In this document: in pieces, positions 23,287 to 33,416 of the stretch
Layout: every line of letters begins with the position of its first letter
Numbering within the stretch: the stretch's first letter is position 1
Position numbers and translations under genes: made by a program
Notes under the pieces: generated by a model
Seen by the model: the letters and a program-made list of their open reading frames with translations, nothing else
The model's database searches: none
Told to the model about the DNA's origin: nothing
DNA from: a virus
DNA length: 64,000 nt
Virus record (IMG/VR): IMGVR_UViG_3300020048_003367
Location: 1-64,000 of that record
Direction: 5' to 3' (one strand)

Positions 23287-23699
23287 GACACCTCACTCCG
23301 ACCGCCACCAATATCCGTGCTCTTGACCCATACGCCACTTTTGCGCATGGCCTGTTCTTGTTCCCATGTCTCCATAACCACGTGTCTGCAAACATTCTGG
23401 AACCAACGGTCCACAATCTCAGCGTCAGTGTCTTCGGGTTTCATCATGTAGCCAGCCTTGACCAGTCTTGCTACAAAGATATCATTCCAGTCTAGTTCAA
23501 ATGCACCTTGGTGCAAGTTGTTGGGATCAATATCCATTCGGATCATGGCCACATAAGGCTCTTTGTTTTCTGTGGCAATATCCTTGGCAGTCTTCTCGGA
23601 CTTTTTAGGTGTCTTGGTTTTTGGTGGCGCAGCAATTTTGTTCCAGTCAATGGCCTGCTCTTGTGCAGGACTCAGTTTTTTCTTTAACCAATCAAACAT
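23283..23699 (-). CDS. Hypothetical phage protein
   Basis: Start MFDWLKKK; GAFELDWN. Confidence 0.75.
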   Translation of the reverse strand: MFDWLKKKLSPAQEQAIDWNKIAAPPKTKTPKKSEKTAKDIATENKEPYVAMIRMDIDPNNLHQGAFELDWNDIFVARLVKAGYMMKPEDTDAEIVDRWFQNVCRHVVMETWEQEQAMRKSGVWVKSTDIGGGRSEVS

Positions 23700-23700
23700 A

Positions 23701-24546
23701 TTATTTGCCCCATCCATTACCCCAGAGATCCACATGCAATCTTGGAGTATACCAGTAACCTCGCTTGAGTGCTTCATCTGCAACGTGAATTCTGTTGCTG
23801 TCGTACACACTAACTACACCGCCCACAGGCATCACAAACACCGGACCACCAAATCCACGCAGTCGATATTCGTCTGTCACAAGATCCAGTTCAGTAAAGT
23901 CTTCAACTTTTTCAACTACAAACTTGAGATAGGTTACACCGTATGTTTCATAGTCCCATATGATGTCGGGCTTGATGGCATCTTCATATTTCTCCCCAGA
24001 TACTGACAGTTTGGGACTGACACTGAATGTAATTTCTCCCATCCAGTTAGCAAGATACTGTTTGAATTCTCTGCTGAGTTCTTGAGTGCCATTGGTTTCA
24101 AATGTGATATGTCGTAAGCCACGTTCATGCAGTATGTCCAACAGTTCTGGATATGCACGTTGCCACCCCAGTAATGGTTCACCACCTGTGATAACCAAAT
24201 GCACAGGATTGCCATTGGGTTGCAGCCAGTTGCCATGCGGTAGTATCTCGGCCATTTTTGCCACAAGTTCATCTGTGGTGTATGTGGGGCTCAGATGTTT
24301 GAATGCAGGATGCCACGATGCATACGAATCACAACCGGTGTCTACCAGAGGCAATTCTTCAAATGTTTTATACAAATGCACAGTTTTTGCCACTTCGTCT
24401 GCACCTGTGCTTTTTTCGCCAGGCTTACAGCCAAAACCTGAGCAGGTAAAATTACAGCCAAACATGCGCAAAAATATTGATGGCACGCCAACATAGCGTC
24501 CTTCGCCTTGTGCTGAATAAAATAGTTCGCTTACTTTAAATTTCAT
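23701..24546 (-). CDS. queE: 7-carboxy-7-deazaguanine synthase (radical SAM)
   Basis: ELFYSAQGEG, GCNFTC..long insert..CDS, ITGGEPL, ETNGT, SPKL, PRLH. Confidence 0.92.
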   Translation of the reverse strand: MKFKVSELFYSAQGEGRYVGVPSIFLRMFGCNFTCSGFGCKPGEKSTGADEVAKTVHLYKTFEELPLVDTGCDSYASWHPAFKHLSPTYTTDELVAKMAEILPHGNWLQPNGNPVHLVITGGEPLLGWQRAYPELLDILHERGLRHITFETNGTQELSREFKQYLANWMGEITFSVSPKLSVSGEKYEDAIKPDIIWDYETYGVTYLKFVVEKVEDFTELDLVTDEYRLRGFGGPVFVMPVGGVVSVYDSNRIHVADEALKRGYWYTPRLHVDLWGNGWGK

Positions 24547-24553
24547 ATTGTTC

Positions 24554-25255
24554 CTATAGTCTTGTTACTGTTGAAATGCCAGACCTATTAGGGTCTTTGC
24601 GTAAATTGATTGTTTCTTCATGCATTATAGCACGAGTTTCCGCAGTTGTCACCCAGCCCGGCAATACTGCATCCAGATAAGCCAAGTGCTCGTCGGGTGT
24701 GGGATGCGGATCTTCAATCTGTTTGAATCCTGCAGGATACAGTACTTCTTGGTAACTGGGCAGAATTGAATCCAGTACGTCTGCATACACTGACATCACG
24801 TCTTGAGGTTCTCCTGGATTAGTTTCACATCTTGTGCCTAATTTAAGATTGGCCAGGCTTAGAAATCGCCAATTTAAATCTGGCCTGGCCTCTAACAATG
24901 CCTTGGCGCCCTTGATAAACGCAAAGTCACGTATAACATAGCCGCGCTCGTCCACATGAGTTTTTAAGTATTCAGAACGGTATATAGGAGTAGTGAACAT
25001 TCCACCTATAGTATTCCATCGATTGTTAACATACCAGTCATCACGCATAAAAGTAGACCAACATATAATCACCGTGTCGCCTGAGCCAAAGCGGTGGCGT
25101 TGATCGGCCTCCATGAGACTGTTGAATATGTAATGATTGCCACCACCGCTTTGTCCCCAGTTCTGAAATTCATCAAACTCGGGAGCAAGGCAGTCGGCCC
25201 AGGTACTCCAACGGTAGTTGGTATAACTGCAACCAAATGTGAATAGTCTCGACAA
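24554..25255 (-). CDS. SGNH-like protein
   Basis: FTFGCSYT, GGGN, WS...R.D, DPHPT..EH. Confidence 0.7.
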   Translation of the reverse strand: MSRLFTFGCSYTNYRWSTWADCLAPEFDEFQNWGQSGGGNHYIFNSLMEADQRHRFGSGDTVIICWSTFMRDDWYVNNRWNTIGGMFTTPIYRSEYLKTHVDERGYVIRDFAFIKGAKALLEARPDLNWRFLSLANLKLGTRCETNPGEPQDVMSVYADVLDSILPSYQEVLYPAGFKQIEDPHPTPDEHLAYLDAVLPGWVTTAETRAIMHEETINLRKDPNRSGISTVTRL

Positions 25256-25257
25256 TA

Positions 25258-26226
25258 TTATTCCTTGTTATAGATAGTCTTCCAGTGCTCAATCATCTCG
25301 TCCATGAGCGTCTCGAATGTATACTTAGGCTTCCATCCCAGTTGAGTTACCAACTTGGTGTTGTCCCCACGCAGGTATGGCAATTCTTCAGGTCGCAAGT
25401 ATTTAGGATTTTGAACCACATGGTTCTGATAATCAAGTCCCAGTTTGGTAAACACATATTCGCACATGTCACGAACAGATCTAGTAATACCAGTTGATAC
25501 CACAAAATCGTCAGGCTTGTCTTGTTGCAAAATCATGTGCATGGCTCGCACATAATCATAGCTGTGGCCCCAGTCACGATAACTGTCCATATTACCCATC
25601 TCTAGTTGGCTGCTCAAGCCCATTGCAATTTCTACAGCGCCCTTGACCACTTTGTTTGTGACAAAGTTTGAACCACGCCGTGGGCTCTCATGATTGAACA
25701 AGATACCATTGCTAGCATGCAATTTGTATGCATTACGATAGTGGTGTACCATGTTGTATGCAAATACCTTGGTGCAACCATACGGACTTACAGGCCTCAT
25801 AGGGGTAGTTTCTCGTTGATAGTTGTCAGCGTCAACACTGCTGCCAAACATCTCACTGGAACTAGCTTGATAAAAACGTGCGTTTGGAACTACAGTTTTG
25901 TAGGCGTCCAGAATGTTAACAACACCAAGCGCATTTACTTGTGTGGTAAACTGTGGAATGTCGCTGCTGATACGTACATGACTTTGTGCGCCTAGATTAT
26001 AGATTTCATCAGGCATGAACATACGCAAGGCACGTTCAAGACTGCTTTGATCTGTTAGGTCGCCGTACTCAACTGATACTGGCAAGTCGCCAATACGATC
26101 TTTTTGATGTTCAACTGTGCTGTTGCGTCGAATAATACCAGTGACATGATATCCTTGTTCCAACAGGTGCTCGGCCAAATAGCTGCCGTCTTGTCCTGCA
26201 ATACCTGTGATAAATGCTGTTTTCAT
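25258..26226 (-). CDS. gmd: GDP-mannose 4,6-dehydratase
   Basis: ITGIAGQDGSYL, AQSHV, QASSSE, SPYG.TK, LFNHESPRRG, RDWG. Confidence 0.95.
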   Translation of the reverse strand: MKTAFITGIAGQDGSYLAEHLLEQGYHVTGIIRRNSTVEHQKDRIGDLPVSVEYGDLTDQSSLERALRMFMPDEIYNLGAQSHVRISSDIPQFTTQVNALGVVNILDAYKTVVPNARFYQASSSEMFGSSVDADNYQRETTPMRPVSPYGCTKVFAYNMVHHYRNAYKLHASNGILFNHESPRRGSNFVTNKVVKGAVEIAMGLSSQLEMGNMDSYRDWGHSYDYVRAMHMILQQDKPDDFVVSTGITRSVRDMCEYVFTKLGLDYQNHVVQNPKYLRPEELPYLRGDNTKLVTQLGWKPKYTFETLMDEMIEHWKTIYNKE

Positions 26227-26228
26227 TG

Positions 26229-26801
26229 TTAAATTCCTAGTTCTAGTAGTGTACGACTTTTCATGTTGTTTGTCAACTCTATCATGACCTGTGCAACATA
26301 ATCTGGAGATAAACTTGGCCCTGGACGGCCGTTCAACATCTTGGTGTTGACTCTTGGTGGATGGACAAGACCAATGTTGACATTGGTTCCTGCAAATATG
26401 TCTTCTGTGCTTTGCCACAAGTTGTGCAAGGCTGATTTGCTAGCAGCATACAAAATTGAATTGCGGCGCGGCTGATTGTGAGTAGTAGAACCCACTAACA
26501 CTATCTGCACCTGTGCATCAGTGTGCTCAAGATAGTACTTGACGATAGCCCAGTTGCTACCAAAATTGGCGTCAAATACATCACGATAACTGTTTTGGTT
26601 GGTGCCTAATACTCCAATGCAGTTAAAGATCCAATCAGGCTTTGTGTCTCTGATGATATCAGCAACTTGTTGTTCCAGCTGCTCAGAACCACAATCTAGT
26701 TGTTCACGACCAATAGCTGTGACCACGTGCTGTTGTTGTTCAAGCGCTAGGCACAATGCAGAGCCAATTCCTCCACCTGCACCAAATACCAATGCTTTCA
26801 T
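26229..26801 (-). CDS. Short-chain dehydrogenase/reductase
   Basis: GAGGGIG, YAASK. Confidence 0.85.
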   Translation of the reverse strand: MKALVFGAGGGIGSALCLALEQQQHVVTAIGREQLDCGSEQLEQQVADIIRDTKPDWIFNCIGVLGTNQNSYRDVFDANFGSNWAIVKYYLEHTDAQVQIVLVGSTTHNQPRRNSILYAASKSALHNLWQSTEDIFAGTNVNIGLVHPPRVNTKMLNGRPGPSLSPDYVAQVMIELTNNMKSRTLLELGI

Positions 26802-27205
26802 TTGATCTTCTCCGAATCTGCTGCCGAACCGTTGTAGGGTCCGTTTTTGATTTCATAGATAACTGCATCTGGTGATACTACTGTAAAGTTGTGTCCTCCT
26901 CGATACAATACCATACAATCACCGGGGCCAAGATCAACAGTGGTTACTAGACTGTGATCAAAGTCAAGTATCTGTGCAGACAATGTGCCAGAGATTACTA
27001 TCCAAGCTTCGCTTGTTCCGTGGGTAGTACGCACCTGTGGCAAATGCGTGTGTGACAAAACAGTTTTGCCTTGTGGCAAGTTCAATCGACTTACTTGCAG
27101 TATTTCCTTGGCATCAGAAGCATCCTCTCGACCTAGTCCGGAAGAGGACACTACTGAAGCCAGCAACTGTGTGGGATAGCATTTACTGCATACTTTAAGA
27201 GTCAT
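26798..27205 (-). CDS. Cupin (WbuC-like)
   Basis: H.H...E...GGH...EIKNGPY. Confidence 0.8.
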   Translation of the reverse strand: MTLKVCSKCYPTQLLASVVSSSGLGREDASDAKEILQVSRLNLPQGKTVLSHTHLPQVRTTHGTSEAWIVISGTLSAQILDFDHSLVTTVDLGPGDCMVLYRGGHNFTVVSPDAVIYEIKNGPYNGSAADSEKIK

Positions 27206-28056
27206 TCTGCAACAATAGATTGTATTTTGTTGTTTTGATCCAGAGTCATATTGAACTGAACCATTTGACTGTTTATGTCATTGGCCTTGAGTTTTACCCA
27301 AGGATCTTGTTTGCCAGATTTTACACTTTCCCACCAAGCTGTACTTTGCCCTTGTGCTTGAAGATAAGTTGCAATTTTTTCAGAATCCGTCATGCGTTTG
27401 AGACTATTCTCGGGATGATGAAAGTCTGCTGGATCGTGCGGTTTACCCTCGAGGCAAGTACGACCTTTGAATGTAGCATCTGAATTGTTGCCAGTAAGAT
27501 CGTGCCGATCATGTGTAACATCGATATCCACAATTTCTATCAGGTCCATCATGTACCCAATCTGGCTGATCCATGCGTCAATCATCTGATGGCCAGTCAA
27601 GTACCCTAGCAAATCGATCCAGGTGCTAGGCACAATAGGAAAGATACTATAAGGATGTTCATTGTGAGTGTGTATCTTCAAGACTTTTAATTGTCCGTTG
27701 TGCTGTTCAACAACTTTGTCCCAGCCTTGCGTGGTCATAAACGCATCGTCGTTCCAGATAAACACCCAGTCAGCATCAGCATGCTTGGCCAAATGGTTAT
27801 AGTATTTGTGAATATTTACATAGCCCAAACGATCAAACTTCATGGCCACAAAGTTGATGTTTCGTTGCTCAAGGGCTGGTCGCAAGTTGGTATCAAAGTG
27901 TTCCAGCGCCGCAGTGTCGTCACGATCAAAGCCCAACAGCAGTTGGATTTTGCTGGGATCGGCAGCAGTGTCGATTATGCTGTAAACGCTGCGGTCCAGT
28001 GCAGTGGTTCTACCACGGGTTGGCAATAGAACTGCAATGCTGTGCTTTTTTGTCAT
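27202..28056 (-). CDS. Glycosyltransferase, GT-A/GT2-like
   Basis: VLLPTRGR, WNDD. Confidence 0.8.
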   Translation of the reverse strand: MTKKHSIAVLLPTRGRTTALDRSVYSIIDTAADPSKIQLLLGFDRDDTAALEHFDTNLRPALEQRNINFVAMKFDRLGYVNIHKYYNHLAKHADADWVFIWNDDAFMTTQGWDKVVEQHNGQLKVLKIHTHNEHPYSIFPIVPSTWIDLLGYLTGHQMIDAWISQIGYMMDLIEIVDIDVTHDRHDLTGNNSDATFKGRTCLEGKPHDPADFHHPENSLKRMTDSEKIATYLQAQGQSTAWWESVKSGKQDPWVKLKANDINSQMVQFNMTLDQNNKIQSIVAE

Positions 28057-28223
28057 GCTTTGTTCACTATATTATTGATGTAATAGGACATCTCTTTTCT
28101 GAGAGCATCTATTATTTTTTCTTCTACCACGATAGGTTCGCCTTTGACAACTTCGGGGGAATATTCCCAGGTTGCAATTTTTACAGATTTACCCTCGTGT
28201 TCACCGGCGATAGTTATTTTCAT
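28053..28223 (-). CDS. 56-aa hypothetical protein (not in ORF track)
   Basis: MKITIAGEHEGKSVKIATWEYSPE...NIVNKA*; ATGA overlaps at both ends. Confidence 0.7.
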   Translation of the reverse strand: MKITIAGEHEGKSVKIATWEYSPEVVKGEPIVVEEKIIDALRKEMSYYINNIVNKA

Positions 28224-28726
28224 GCAAACAAGTCCTCATTCCATTCACGATGGCCTTCTCGGAACGCCATGTTGGCTTGTGTTTCACGCACTTCTACACG
28301 GTAGCACCATAGGCGTTTGGCTTCTCCAGGACCCCACAGCTCGGGAATGTAAACGCCGTTCACATACTTGTACAGCATGTCAGCAAGTCCTTCACAGCCC
28401 AGTCTAGGTAACACAACTACCTTGGCCATGTTCTTGGCTACCAACAGATTGTAGGTCTCCATCTCTGGGTCATCTTGTGCCACAATCAAAGTATGATCAA
28501 ACTGGCTCTCTAGGGTCTTTTTAAGTTCTTTGAGTCCACCATAGTCAGCTGCCCAATTTCGAACATCTAGATCGTTAGTGCCAAAGTAGAACTTCATTGA
28601 GAAGCTGTAGCCATGAATAAGATTACAGTGTGAGTCAGCACGCCATTGACGGTATGCGCAAGGAAATGCATCTACATATTCCTTGGTTGAAGTAAATTTA
28701 TATTGTACGGGTTCGAGTTTTGCCAT
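28220..28726 (-). CDS. queD: 6-carboxytetrahydropterin synthase
   Basis: C.LIHGY, DYG.LK, FDH, VRET. Confidence 0.9.
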   Translation of the reverse strand: MAKLEPVQYKFTSTKEYVDAFPCAYRQWRADSHCNLIHGYSFSMKFYFGTNDLDVRNWAADYGGLKELKKTLESQFDHTLIVAQDDPEMETYNLLVAKNMAKVVVLPRLGCEGLADMLYKYVNGVYIPELWGPGEAKRLWCYRVEVRETQANMAFREGHREWNEDLFA

Positions 28727-28730
28727 TGTG

Positions 28731-28796
28731 TTCTCCTATGTCATTATAGCATAGGCAGCAGAGTTTGTATAGCGGGAGTGATGCCAAAAGACCGCT
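28731..28796 (-). promoter_or_regulatory. Candidate pseudoknot riboswitch upstream of queD
   Basis: P1 AGCGG/CCGCT, A-rich tail, loop GGCA pairing TGCC, SD-sequestering CCTATG/CATAGG. Confidence 0.5.
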
Positions 28797-28807
28797 GAGA
28801 CCGTTAC

Positions 28808-29506
28808 TTATCGCGGCGCAAAGTCCTGTTGCAGTTTGATGTTGTCAAAGAATTCCTTCTTGACACTTTGGTCATCTTTGAAAGCGCCTCTTAGGACTGT
28901 GGTCTGTGTAAGACTACTGTGAGCCATAATACCACGATTCTCGCAGCATCCGTGGGTAGCTTGGATATAAACAGCCACGTCCGTGGTCCCAGTTGCAAAT
29001 TCGATTTCTCGAGCAATATCCATACATAGCTCTTCCTGGAGAGTACCTCGTCTTGCACACCATTGGGCAATCCGTGTGTACTTTGAAAGACCAATGAGTT
29101 TAGGACCAGCAATGATTCCAATATAAGCAACACCCGTAACAGGTTGATGATGGTGCGAGCACATGCTCTTAAGCTCTGAACGCACAACCAGCATACCGTC
29201 GTATGCTCCGTCCGTATCGTTTGGGAAAGCCGTAGCATTAGGGCTCGATTCATATCGACCAGACATGATTTCATTGTAGTACATCTTGGCAAGCCTTCGC
29301 GCCGTGCCCTTGCTATTTGGATCATTTTCTCTGTCAATCAGTAGTGTGTCTAGCACCTTTTCAAAAGCCTCAGTGGCCTCATTGATCAGTTCTGGCTTGA
29401 CATTGTCATCAACATAGTCGCTGATGTTGTCTCCTGCCCAGAAGCGTTTGTTATCTTGTTTCATTCGATCGCGGATAACTTGCGATAGATTTTTACTTGT
29501 GTCCAT
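28808..29506 (-). CDS. folE: GTP cyclohydrolase I
   Basis: SMCSHH, IGLSK..R, LQE, HGC...RG. Confidence 0.95.
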   Translation of the reverse strand: MDTSKNLSQVIRDRMKQDNKRFWAGDNISDYVDDNVKPELINEATEAFEKVLDTLLIDRENDPNSKGTARRLAKMYYNEIMSGRYESSPNATAFPNDTDGAYDGMLVVRSELKSMCSHHHQPVTGVAYIGIIAGPKLIGLSKYTRIAQWCARRGTLQEELCMDIAREIEFATGTTDVAVYIQATHGCCENRGIMAHSSLTQTTVLRGAFKDDQSVKKEFFDNIKLQQDFAPR

Positions 29507-29569
29507 TTTTTCTCCGATGTTGAAGCAGTGGATTGCTTTTGTTAATTGTAATGTATTTAGATCGCAAAG

Positions 29570-30175
29570 TCAAGGTAATATGGTTATCTTGCGTAAATCT
29601 GGATATGATACATGCACAGGTTTGGGGTTGGTTTCCTTGATACCCTCTAGCATAGCAAGACCTTGTACAGCTTCTTCCGGAGTGGGCTTGTAGTGATAGC
29701 CTACCCGGAATGTTTGTTGTTCTTGCCATGGTGATATATTTAGATCGCGTCCGTCATAGCGTTGCAAAAGTATCTCATGGTAGGCCGTTGGATCATCTAA
29801 CAATATAGCACCACCGCGTCCTATGTGCAAGGGCTTGGTGTGCCCAAAACTCAAGCACTGCATCTGCCCTGCCCGGTACATGTTCTTTTCAAGCCGTCGG
29901 GCACTATCCCAAATTCGAGTAAATTCAAACTTGTATTCGCCAGTCCACTGTTGCCGTTGTGGCAAATGATCTGGATAATATTCATAAGTGATTCCCAGTT
30001 TGTGCATGGTCATCGGAACGCTCAAATATGTATAAGGAGTAAATGTACACTGCTCGACTCGATCATACCGCAAGCACAGTTCGATAGCATGTGTGCAGCA
30101 ATCAGTCATGATAGCATACGGTGCGCCAGTGAACTTGGCCAGGGCTTGTTCAAACCTTAGAATTTTATCAAACAT
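29570..30175 (-). CDS. DegT/DnrJ/EryC1/StrS aminotransferase-like (short)
   Basis: FEQALAKF.G, DSA, SFGHTKPL..GRGGAI. Confidence 0.85.
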   Translation of the reverse strand: MFDKILRFEQALAKFTGAPYAIMTDCCTHAIELCLRYDRVEQCTFTPYTYLSVPMTMHKLGITYEYYPDHLPQRQQWTGEYKFEFTRIWDSARRLEKNMYRAGQMQCLSFGHTKPLHIGRGGAILLDDPTAYHEILLQRYDGRDLNISPWQEQQTFRVGYHYKPTPEEAVQGLAMLEGIKETNPKPVHVSYPDLRKITILP

Positions 30176-31109
30176 ACCAGTTCCATGCGTGTTGAATCAT
30201 GGTGTCTAGGTTATGTTGTTGCCAGGTACCCGCAGCCTTTGCAAATTTGTCTGCACTAGCGCTGAGTATAGGAGGATCGCCTGCACGTTGCTGTCCTACT
30301 ACCACGTTGACTGTTTGACCAGTCACTCGCTCAGCAGCAGCAATTATTTGTCGATTGGTAGTTTCTTGATTGGAACCAATATTGTACACACCTGCTGGGA
30401 CCATTCGATCCAAGGCAAGAATATGTGCTTTTGCAATATCTTCCACGTGGATGTAATCACGTACACAGGTACCATCAGCAGTGGGATAGTTATCGCCGTA
30501 CAATGTGAATTCTCGGCTGTCACGAATACTTTCTAGCACTCTAGCAATCATGTGTGTGGCACCAGGCTCTTGACCGTGTCGACCTTGACTATCAGCACCA
30601 CACGCATTGAAGTAACGGAATGCCACATAGTCAAGCCCATATGCACGATGATAACTTTCTAGAATCATTTCTGTCATCAGCTTTGATTCACCATAGGGAC
30701 TGATAGGTTCCTTAGGATCAACTTCGTGACACGGAGTCATGATAGGCTCACCATACACTGCTGCACTAGAGCTAAAGATAAATCTAGCTCGCGGCACAGC
30801 AGCCATCATGATGTTCAACAGGTTCATGGTCTTGACCACGTTGTTGTTGTAATAATCGCTGGGTGCTTTAATACTAGGACCAACCAAGCTGGTGCCTGCA
30901 CAATGTACAATGGCATCTGGTCGGACTTCAATCAGCTTACGGAATGATTCGTCGCTGTCAAAATCTGCCTGCACAAAGTTCATTACACCTTGCAAGTGGC
31001 TGGGCAAAGGTCTACGATCAATGCCTAGGACTGTGTGTCCGGCGTCTGTTAACTGCAATGCAATTTGGCCGCCAATGTATCCAGCGGCTCCTGTTACTAC
31101 TACATTCAT
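30168..31109 (-). CDS. galE: UDP-glucose 4-epimerase
   Basis: TGAAGYIG, SSSAAVYG, YGESK, RYFN, DGTCVRDYIHV. Confidence 0.93.
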   Translation of the reverse strand: MNVVVTGAAGYIGGQIALQLTDAGHTVLGIDRRPLPSHLQGVMNFVQADFDSDESFRKLIEVRPDAIVHCAGTSLVGPSIKAPSDYYNNNVVKTMNLLNIMMAAVPRARFIFSSSAAVYGEPIMTPCHEVDPKEPISPYGESKLMTEMILESYHRAYGLDYVAFRYFNACGADSQGRHGQEPGATHMIARVLESIRDSREFTLYGDNYPTADGTCVRDYIHVEDIAKAHILALDRMVPAGVYNIGSNQETTNRQIIAAAERVTGQTVNVVVGQQRAGDPPILSASADKFAKAAGTWQQHNLDTMIQHAWNWYV

Positions 31110-32320
31110 TTCTCAACCTTTACAACTTGATATTTTTCGTGAGCAACATGGTCACGATATCGATTGCCTGCCCGGTTCCATTGCTCACCGTTACCAGTAA
31201 CAATATCAACAACGCGATCCACGGTGGCATTGTTCCAATCGCTAATAAGTCCCATGTTGTGATGTGGCTCGCGAAGCAAGTTTTGCATCTTGTGGTAGGC
31301 ATCATCTATGCTCCATGGAACATAGAGCCGGTTAGGATCATTTGCAAAAGTTTCAGGAAAGCTACGATATGCAGGGTAAAGAACATTGCACCCCACAGTG
31401 TCGGCTTCGGATACAGTGTTAGATACCCAGTCTTGAAGAGCACAATTAAAGAGAACACGAGTATCGTTAAGTAGATCATAGTACTGATTCTTGTTCAAGT
31501 TATCATAGATTTTAAGCTTGCCTTCTGCCTCCATACGGCGGGCTCTCTCCACAAACTCTTGATTGTTAGATCTAAGTGGGCCGCCTGAGTAAATTGCAAA
31601 CTCACAGGGTTCTGTGGTAAGCTCGCTATACATTTCAATAAGGTCCATGAAAAAGCCAGGTTGTTTTTCTTGGTCAAAGCGGGCTGCAAAACCCACCCTC
31701 CGGGGACGCGAGCCAAACGCACGGATTTTTTCCGATCCACCAATACGCTCAAGAACTTCATCTTTGCCGAACGCCAGCCCTGATATGTTGTAGATCGGAG
31801 CAGTCCATCCAGCGATGCGCATGTGCGCAACCATTTCTTCGTTGGTTGCAAGGACACCACCTGCGCTGAACGCAACGATTTCGTTAACCATCTTTTCATA
31901 CAAATCCATCCACTTGCTCATGCCCCAAACATGTACAAAGTCATCGGGATCAATGGCTTGTGCCAAACAACGCACATAGATCTTTGGAACTTGATCTCGG
32001 GGAATCTGATTGATAATGTAACCAAGACTTTCGAAGCCCGGCTGGAACATGTCTTCAAAGTAGATCACATCTTCGCCAGTAACATCACCGTTTTTCATCA
32101 GCTGAACCAAGTTCATCATTTGGCTCATTGAGAAATAGCTGCGACCGTGTGCGTCCAACACCTGTCCGACACTGATAGCTTGTGTGTTGTCAATTGTGGT
32201 GCCGGGAACATAAACCACGTCCAGGCCACGACGATCAAACACACGTCGATTCCACTCAGTTAGCTGTAGTGTGTATCGTTCTTGATAGGCTTCCAGGCCC
32301 ATGTAAAACAGTTTTCTCAT
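31106..32320 (-). CDS. Glycosyltransferase, GT-B fold
   Basis: FAARFDQEKQP, D.VSNTVSEA..GC..L.P..RSFPE. Confidence 0.75.
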   Translation of the reverse strand: MRKLFYMGLEAYQERYTLQLTEWNRRVFDRRGLDVVYVPGTTIDNTQAISVGQVLDAHGRSYFSMSQMMNLVQLMKNGDVTGEDVIYFEDMFQPGFESLGYIINQIPRDQVPKIYVRCLAQAIDPDDFVHVWGMSKWMDLYEKMVNEIVAFSAGGVLATNEEMVAHMRIAGWTAPIYNISGLAFGKDEVLERIGGSEKIRAFGSRPRRVGFAARFDQEKQPGFFMDLIEMYSELTTEPCEFAIYSGGPLRSNNQEFVERARRMEAEGKLKIYDNLNKNQYYDLLNDTRVLFNCALQDWVSNTVSEADTVGCNVLYPAYRSFPETFANDPNRLYVPWSIDDAYHKMQNLLREPHHNMGLISDWNNATVDRVVDIVTGNGEQWNRAGNRYRDHVAHEKYQVVKVEK

Positions 32321-32742
32321 TTTAATCCTTGTATTTTGGTTCGGTACGTGGCCTTGAGTTGATTCAGCATATCTTGATCAACTTGAGCTGCCATTGCTTG
32401 TGCAGCCTTCAAGGTGTACTTTTCGTTGGGATACTGTTCGTAGCGATATTTTTCAGTATCCTGGTCTCGTTCACGAAATCTAATACTATTGATTTTTTCT
32501 TCCATGTCATGCAGTCGTCTATTTAGATGATTCATGTCTTCGAACAATCTTCTTAGAGGCCCGTGATTACAATCGTGTAAGCCACTGTCCCGGCTCTCAG
32601 GTCTAGTCAGCGTGACCATCATCATGAGACTGCGTAGAGCATTGACCACACGCGGATCTTGACTGGTCAGGGCCTCGTCGAACATGTCAACGAATCGCTC
32701 GAGATCAAAGTCCGCTTGGTCTTTTTCTCGAGCGGCGCTCAT
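32317..32742 (-). CDS. Hypothetical protein
   Basis: Coupled ORF. Confidence 0.7.
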   Translation of the reverse strand: MSAAREKDQADFDLERFVDMFDEALTSQDPRVVNALRSLMMMVTLTRPESRDSGLHDCNHGPLRRLFEDMNHLNRRLHDMEEKINSIRFRERDQDTEKYRYEQYPNEKYTLKAAQAMAAQVDQDMLNQLKATYRTKIQGLK

Positions 32743-32966
32743 GCTGGTCGGTATCCTGCAAAACGTCGAGCGTCTTCACTCCACATGTTTTTGGCGTTTT
32801 TGCCAGTGCTGTACTTGGTAAACTGTTGCCAAGCATAGCTCTTGAAGTTGTAGAGATCGCTCTCGTTGTAACGATACCCATAGTCTTGGCAGAATTCCAA
32901 GAACACTTCGAGATCTTCAAAGATCTCGGTCAGGCGCTGGTTGGGTTTAAATGTAGGCTTGGCCAT
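32739..32966 (-). CDS. Hypothetical protein
   Basis: SD AAGGA. Confidence 0.7.
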   Translation of the reverse strand: MAKPTFKPNQRLTEIFEDLEVFLEFCQDYGYRYNESDLYNFKSYAWQQFTKYSTGKNAKNMWSEDARRFAGYRPA

Positions 32967-32975
32967 GATACTTCC

Positions 32976-33416
32976 TTAAATGCTAATTGTTTGTGCGCGG
33001 TGAGTTTCATATTTTATGAGGGCTCCGTTTTCACCATCTTCGGAAACCTCAATCTCAATCGAACGATCAGGATAGCGTGATGCAATTTGAATGTACAGAT
33101 CGTCTGACATCATTTCGCAAGATTTGTAATCAAGTTGGAGAATTCCATCCTTGTAGAGATTCTCTAGCCAGCGTTTGAACTGGATGAATTCAATGTCTCG
33201 GTCGTTGTGCAACACATCAATCCACACACGGAAGTGAAAGATATGACGATGTGGTGTGCCGAGAAAGCTTACATCGTATTCATCACCTGTGGCCAGTGCA
33301 GGGTCTGTTGCAGCAGCAGGATAGCAATGGATGCCTTCCTTTTGAAACTGTACAAATATTTTCCTGTTAGCACTTTCTATAATTCTATCAACTGTAGCTC
33401 GTTGTTCTTGATTCAT
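32976..33416 (-). CDS. QueD-paralog T-fold protein, DpdL-like (putative CDG decarboxylase)
   Basis: LGTPHRHIF (LxxxHRHxF), SCE, VSEDGENG. Confidence 0.7.
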   Translation of the reverse strand: MNQEQRATVDRIIESANRKIFVQFQKEGIHCYPAAATDPALATGDEYDVSFLGTPHRHIFHFRVWIDVLHNDRDIEFIQFKRWLENLYKDGILQLDYKSCEMMSDDLYIQIASRYPDRSIEIEVSEDGENGALIKYETHRAQTISI

